Below are positions 61,701 through 64,000 of a stretch of 64,000 bases of DNA, piece by piece (within the stretch, counting starts at the first letter, position 1; the number at the start of each line of letters is the position of its first letter). Both the position numbers and the translations under genes were made by a program. The notes under the pieces are model-generated. The model searched no databases. It was not told where the DNA came from and saw only the letters and a program-made list of their open reading frames with translations. This DNA is from Bilabrum cf. latius (taxonomy: Eukaryota): positions 744,001-808,000 of the forward strand of contig OZ237741.1 in the NCBI GenBank assembly GCA_965178125.1. Direction: 5' to 3'.

Positions 61701-62100
61701 CAAGGCCAAACAGCCCTTTTTCCGATGCGACCAGCACTCTAAGTCCCCACATGACGGCGTTGTCAGGTATCACATTGCATGGGACATCAGCACAATCAAG
61801 TCGCCCACAGCACCGTGCAGTCCAGTCGGGGACGCGTGGATTCGATTCAGCAGGATCAGGCCGCTGATGCTGACTTGCAAGCAGCAGCTACCGCCCGATG
61901 CAGGCCGAATGATGGTGCGGCTCCCCGATGGTGGCTTGTTCGAGATCTTCAAGACCGACTAGCGAGACACCAAGGACTTCAGGATGAGCACGTTCCACCG
62001 CTTCGGGATCTAGATCATCGCGTATGCCAAAAGAGACAAGCGCTGTCTCCCCGCTCTGCAGGCTTTACTGCTCGGGATTCAGGGGTCGCATATGCAGTGA
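55753..62100 (+). CDS. CLU (clustered mitochondria)-domain protein with CLU-central, TPR-like and putative C-terminal PX-like region, about 2115 aa
   Basis: FNEKW[TAG], GGVAGGDK, AQKSAAHELKGL, PLFALVDFAGHRL, DIEVHKGKDDRLYVLDTARLLPPE, ISSDAFTGF, MHAAGLNVR. One frame across 15 TAG; ends TGA. Confidence 0.85.
56782..56823 (+). repeat. (GCTCCC)n microsatellite, in frame as (Ala-Pro)n
   Basis: Directly visible. Confidence 0.9.
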
Positions 62101-62399
62101 GGCTTGCGCACGCAGTACTTGCACAACGGCGAGCACTGCGTCATTCGGATCAAGCACGATCACGCCTCTCACGCGGTGCTAGACTCTCCTGTGGTAGTGC
62201 CCCTGTTAGGTCTAGATTGGATGCTTGATGAACAGTACACAATAAAGGATGCTTGCGCGTTAGAATGGCTTTAGTAATATCCATTTTGTACTGGTGCATC
62301 CAACATGGAGCACCGGCCCCTCAAATTCTGCTGACCACCACAGCCCGCACACATGCCTCTGTGGGGTGCCGTTCGGAGCCCAGCCGGCATTTAACGACC

Positions 62400-63425
62400 T
62401 CACTGCCTGCCATGTAATGCTGCATTAATTACATCGTCGATCTGGCGCTGCGCCGCATCGAGCTCTGTGACCTGCTGCGCCCCGCTATCGGCCAACCCGA
62501 TGCTGCTAGATTCCTGCGCCGCTCGCTAAGTCAGGGCACGGCGGTACTGGTTGGAGAGTTCGATGGCTTGTTCTTCCTCTAGAACGTCGTATATGTCGAT
62601 ACACTTGTGTAAGGGGTGCCTCCCACGGGAGAAGCCGGGGCTAGTGGCGTTCCATGGCCACTCCTAGTCCCGTGCTGTTGCCAGGCGCAAGCACACTGCA
62701 GCGGAAACGGCGGGATGCAGCAGCTTCGACTCGCTGTGCATCTCTTGGAACATCCTAGCGGTGCCTTTGTCCTGCCTGGGATCTTCTCGCACGGCGCGCT
62801 GCATGTCAGTGTCAAGCGGCCCCGGGGAAAACGAGAGAAACCTCGTCGAGTGACCGGGGCGCTCCGACCAGACCGCTGCCTCAGCGGCTGCACAATCCAA
62901 AGCAGCAACCCTAGCAGCTTTTCCTGCTGAGTAAATGCTCCATGATGGAAATAGTGCTGGTTGCTCTGCAGCAAGGGAGCTCACATTCACCACTGTAGTT
63001 CGCACAGACTAGCTTTGCCTACTTGCAAGCTTTTGAGAGGTAGACACAACCCCACCGACCAATTGAATAAAACTCCCTACATTAACTCCGAACTACTCGT
63101 CGATATCGCGCCTTGCCAACTCAGTGATCTTACCAATTGGCTAGATGGAGCCATGGTTGAGGATTGCAAGTAAGTCAAGGACATCTGCTGGATTCGAGCT
63201 CATCACTCTTGCTTGAAAACTATCAAGCACTTCCTTGACATGTGCGTCACTACTTAAATCCCCAACCAAAGTGATAGCGTTGTGAAAATCACAAACTGTG
63301 CCTGATGTACGACCAAGGTGCGCCATCGCACATGCTGAGTTCAACAGGTGCTAGAATTGCACCAAAATTTCCTTTCCATACCCTCTCCCGCAACCAGTCA
63401 GTAGACCAAATATATTTTTATTCAT
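62400..63425 (-). CDS. Sepiapterin reductase-like short-chain dehydrogenase/reductase, 341 aa
   Basis: LTGCGRGYG, ILNHGS, VVNVSSLAA, YSAGKAAR (YxxxK), SPGPLDTDMQ; 6 TAG; ends TGA. Confidence 0.88.
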
Positions 63426-63576
63426 TCCATTGCAGACTTTTCTAGTATTGCTCACAATGTACGAGTAATGTTCCCTGCAAAATGCAGTCGTCACATAGCC
63501 ACCACGAGTTTCAGTGACGTTTCCATCACTATAAGAACAAGCGGAGCAGTGCAGTTACTTCTGTGTAGAAAGTACC

Positions 63577-64000
63577 ATGGATAAGGGTCTGGGAAGCGCA
63601 GATGCTGTGTTGGATTTCATCTTCAACCCGGCTGGCATGCCATCATCGGTTCCGAAAGGCCCCCTCCCTGATATGCCTGCTATCACGGCCGATAAAGCCA
63701 AAATTGACCGCGATGGTGACTTTCCTATCAATGAAGAGGGTAGGAGGCTCTAGGTGGAGGGTGTAAAGGCAGCTCAACAAGGAGATATTCCAGCCGCTAT
63801 CAAACACTTTTCAGCGGCTCTTACCGCTAATCCTGAGAATCCGTTACTGTTAAACGACAGAGCTCAGGCCTTAAGGGATAATGAAAATTACGATGATTCC
63901 TAGAAAGACATTGACGCTGCTGTTGCGCTAATGGAAAGTAAGTACGATGGCAAAAGACCAGTAGACTGGCCGCTACAGTCGAGAGTAGTGCGGTCCCAGC
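63577..64000 (+). CDS. TPR protein, TTC36-like; 3'-truncated
   Basis: DAVLDFIFNP, EGVKAAQQGD, LNDRAQALR; 2 TAG (63751, 63901). Missing from the ORF track. Confidence 0.75.

Noticed and set aside
3-64000. Mass pseudogenisation or C-to-T damage as the source of internal stops
   Set aside because: Only TAG occurs. Deamination would also turn CAA into TAA and CGA into TGA, and decay would give frameshifts. Catalytic motifs are intact.

Overview
This is gene-dense, GC-rich eukaryotic nuclear DNA with short GT-AG introns and an IFT56 gene, so a flagellate; a heterotrophic stramenopile-like protist is my guess. The supplied ORF track is misleading because the window does not follow the standard genetic code. 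About 120 in-frame TAG codons (manual count) interrupt otherwise intact genes on both strands. Where they fall in conserved motifs (kinesin, TruB, Top3, pepsin, ING, CLU) they sit at glutamine positions. Reading TAG as Gln merges the ORF fragments into 22 genes. All 21 whose 3' end is visible stop at TGA, and I found TAA neither as a sense codon nor as a terminator. This suggests a rare nuclear code in which UAG alone is reassigned (UAG=Gln, UGA=stop, UAA rare stop or unused). Genes: HECT E3 ligase (partial), IFT56, aspartic protease, coiled-coil membrane protein, PAS/TM sensor, F-box kinase, EF-hand protein, Pol X, ING, CD36-like, ankyrin, twin-CX9C, EF-hand-like, OvoA, LRR, UBX, Top3, kinesin-DysF-ankyrin, TruB, CLU-domain protein, sepiapterin reductase-like SDR and a TTC36-like TPR protein (partial). 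I recognised no rRNA, tRNA, CRISPR array or clear transposon.
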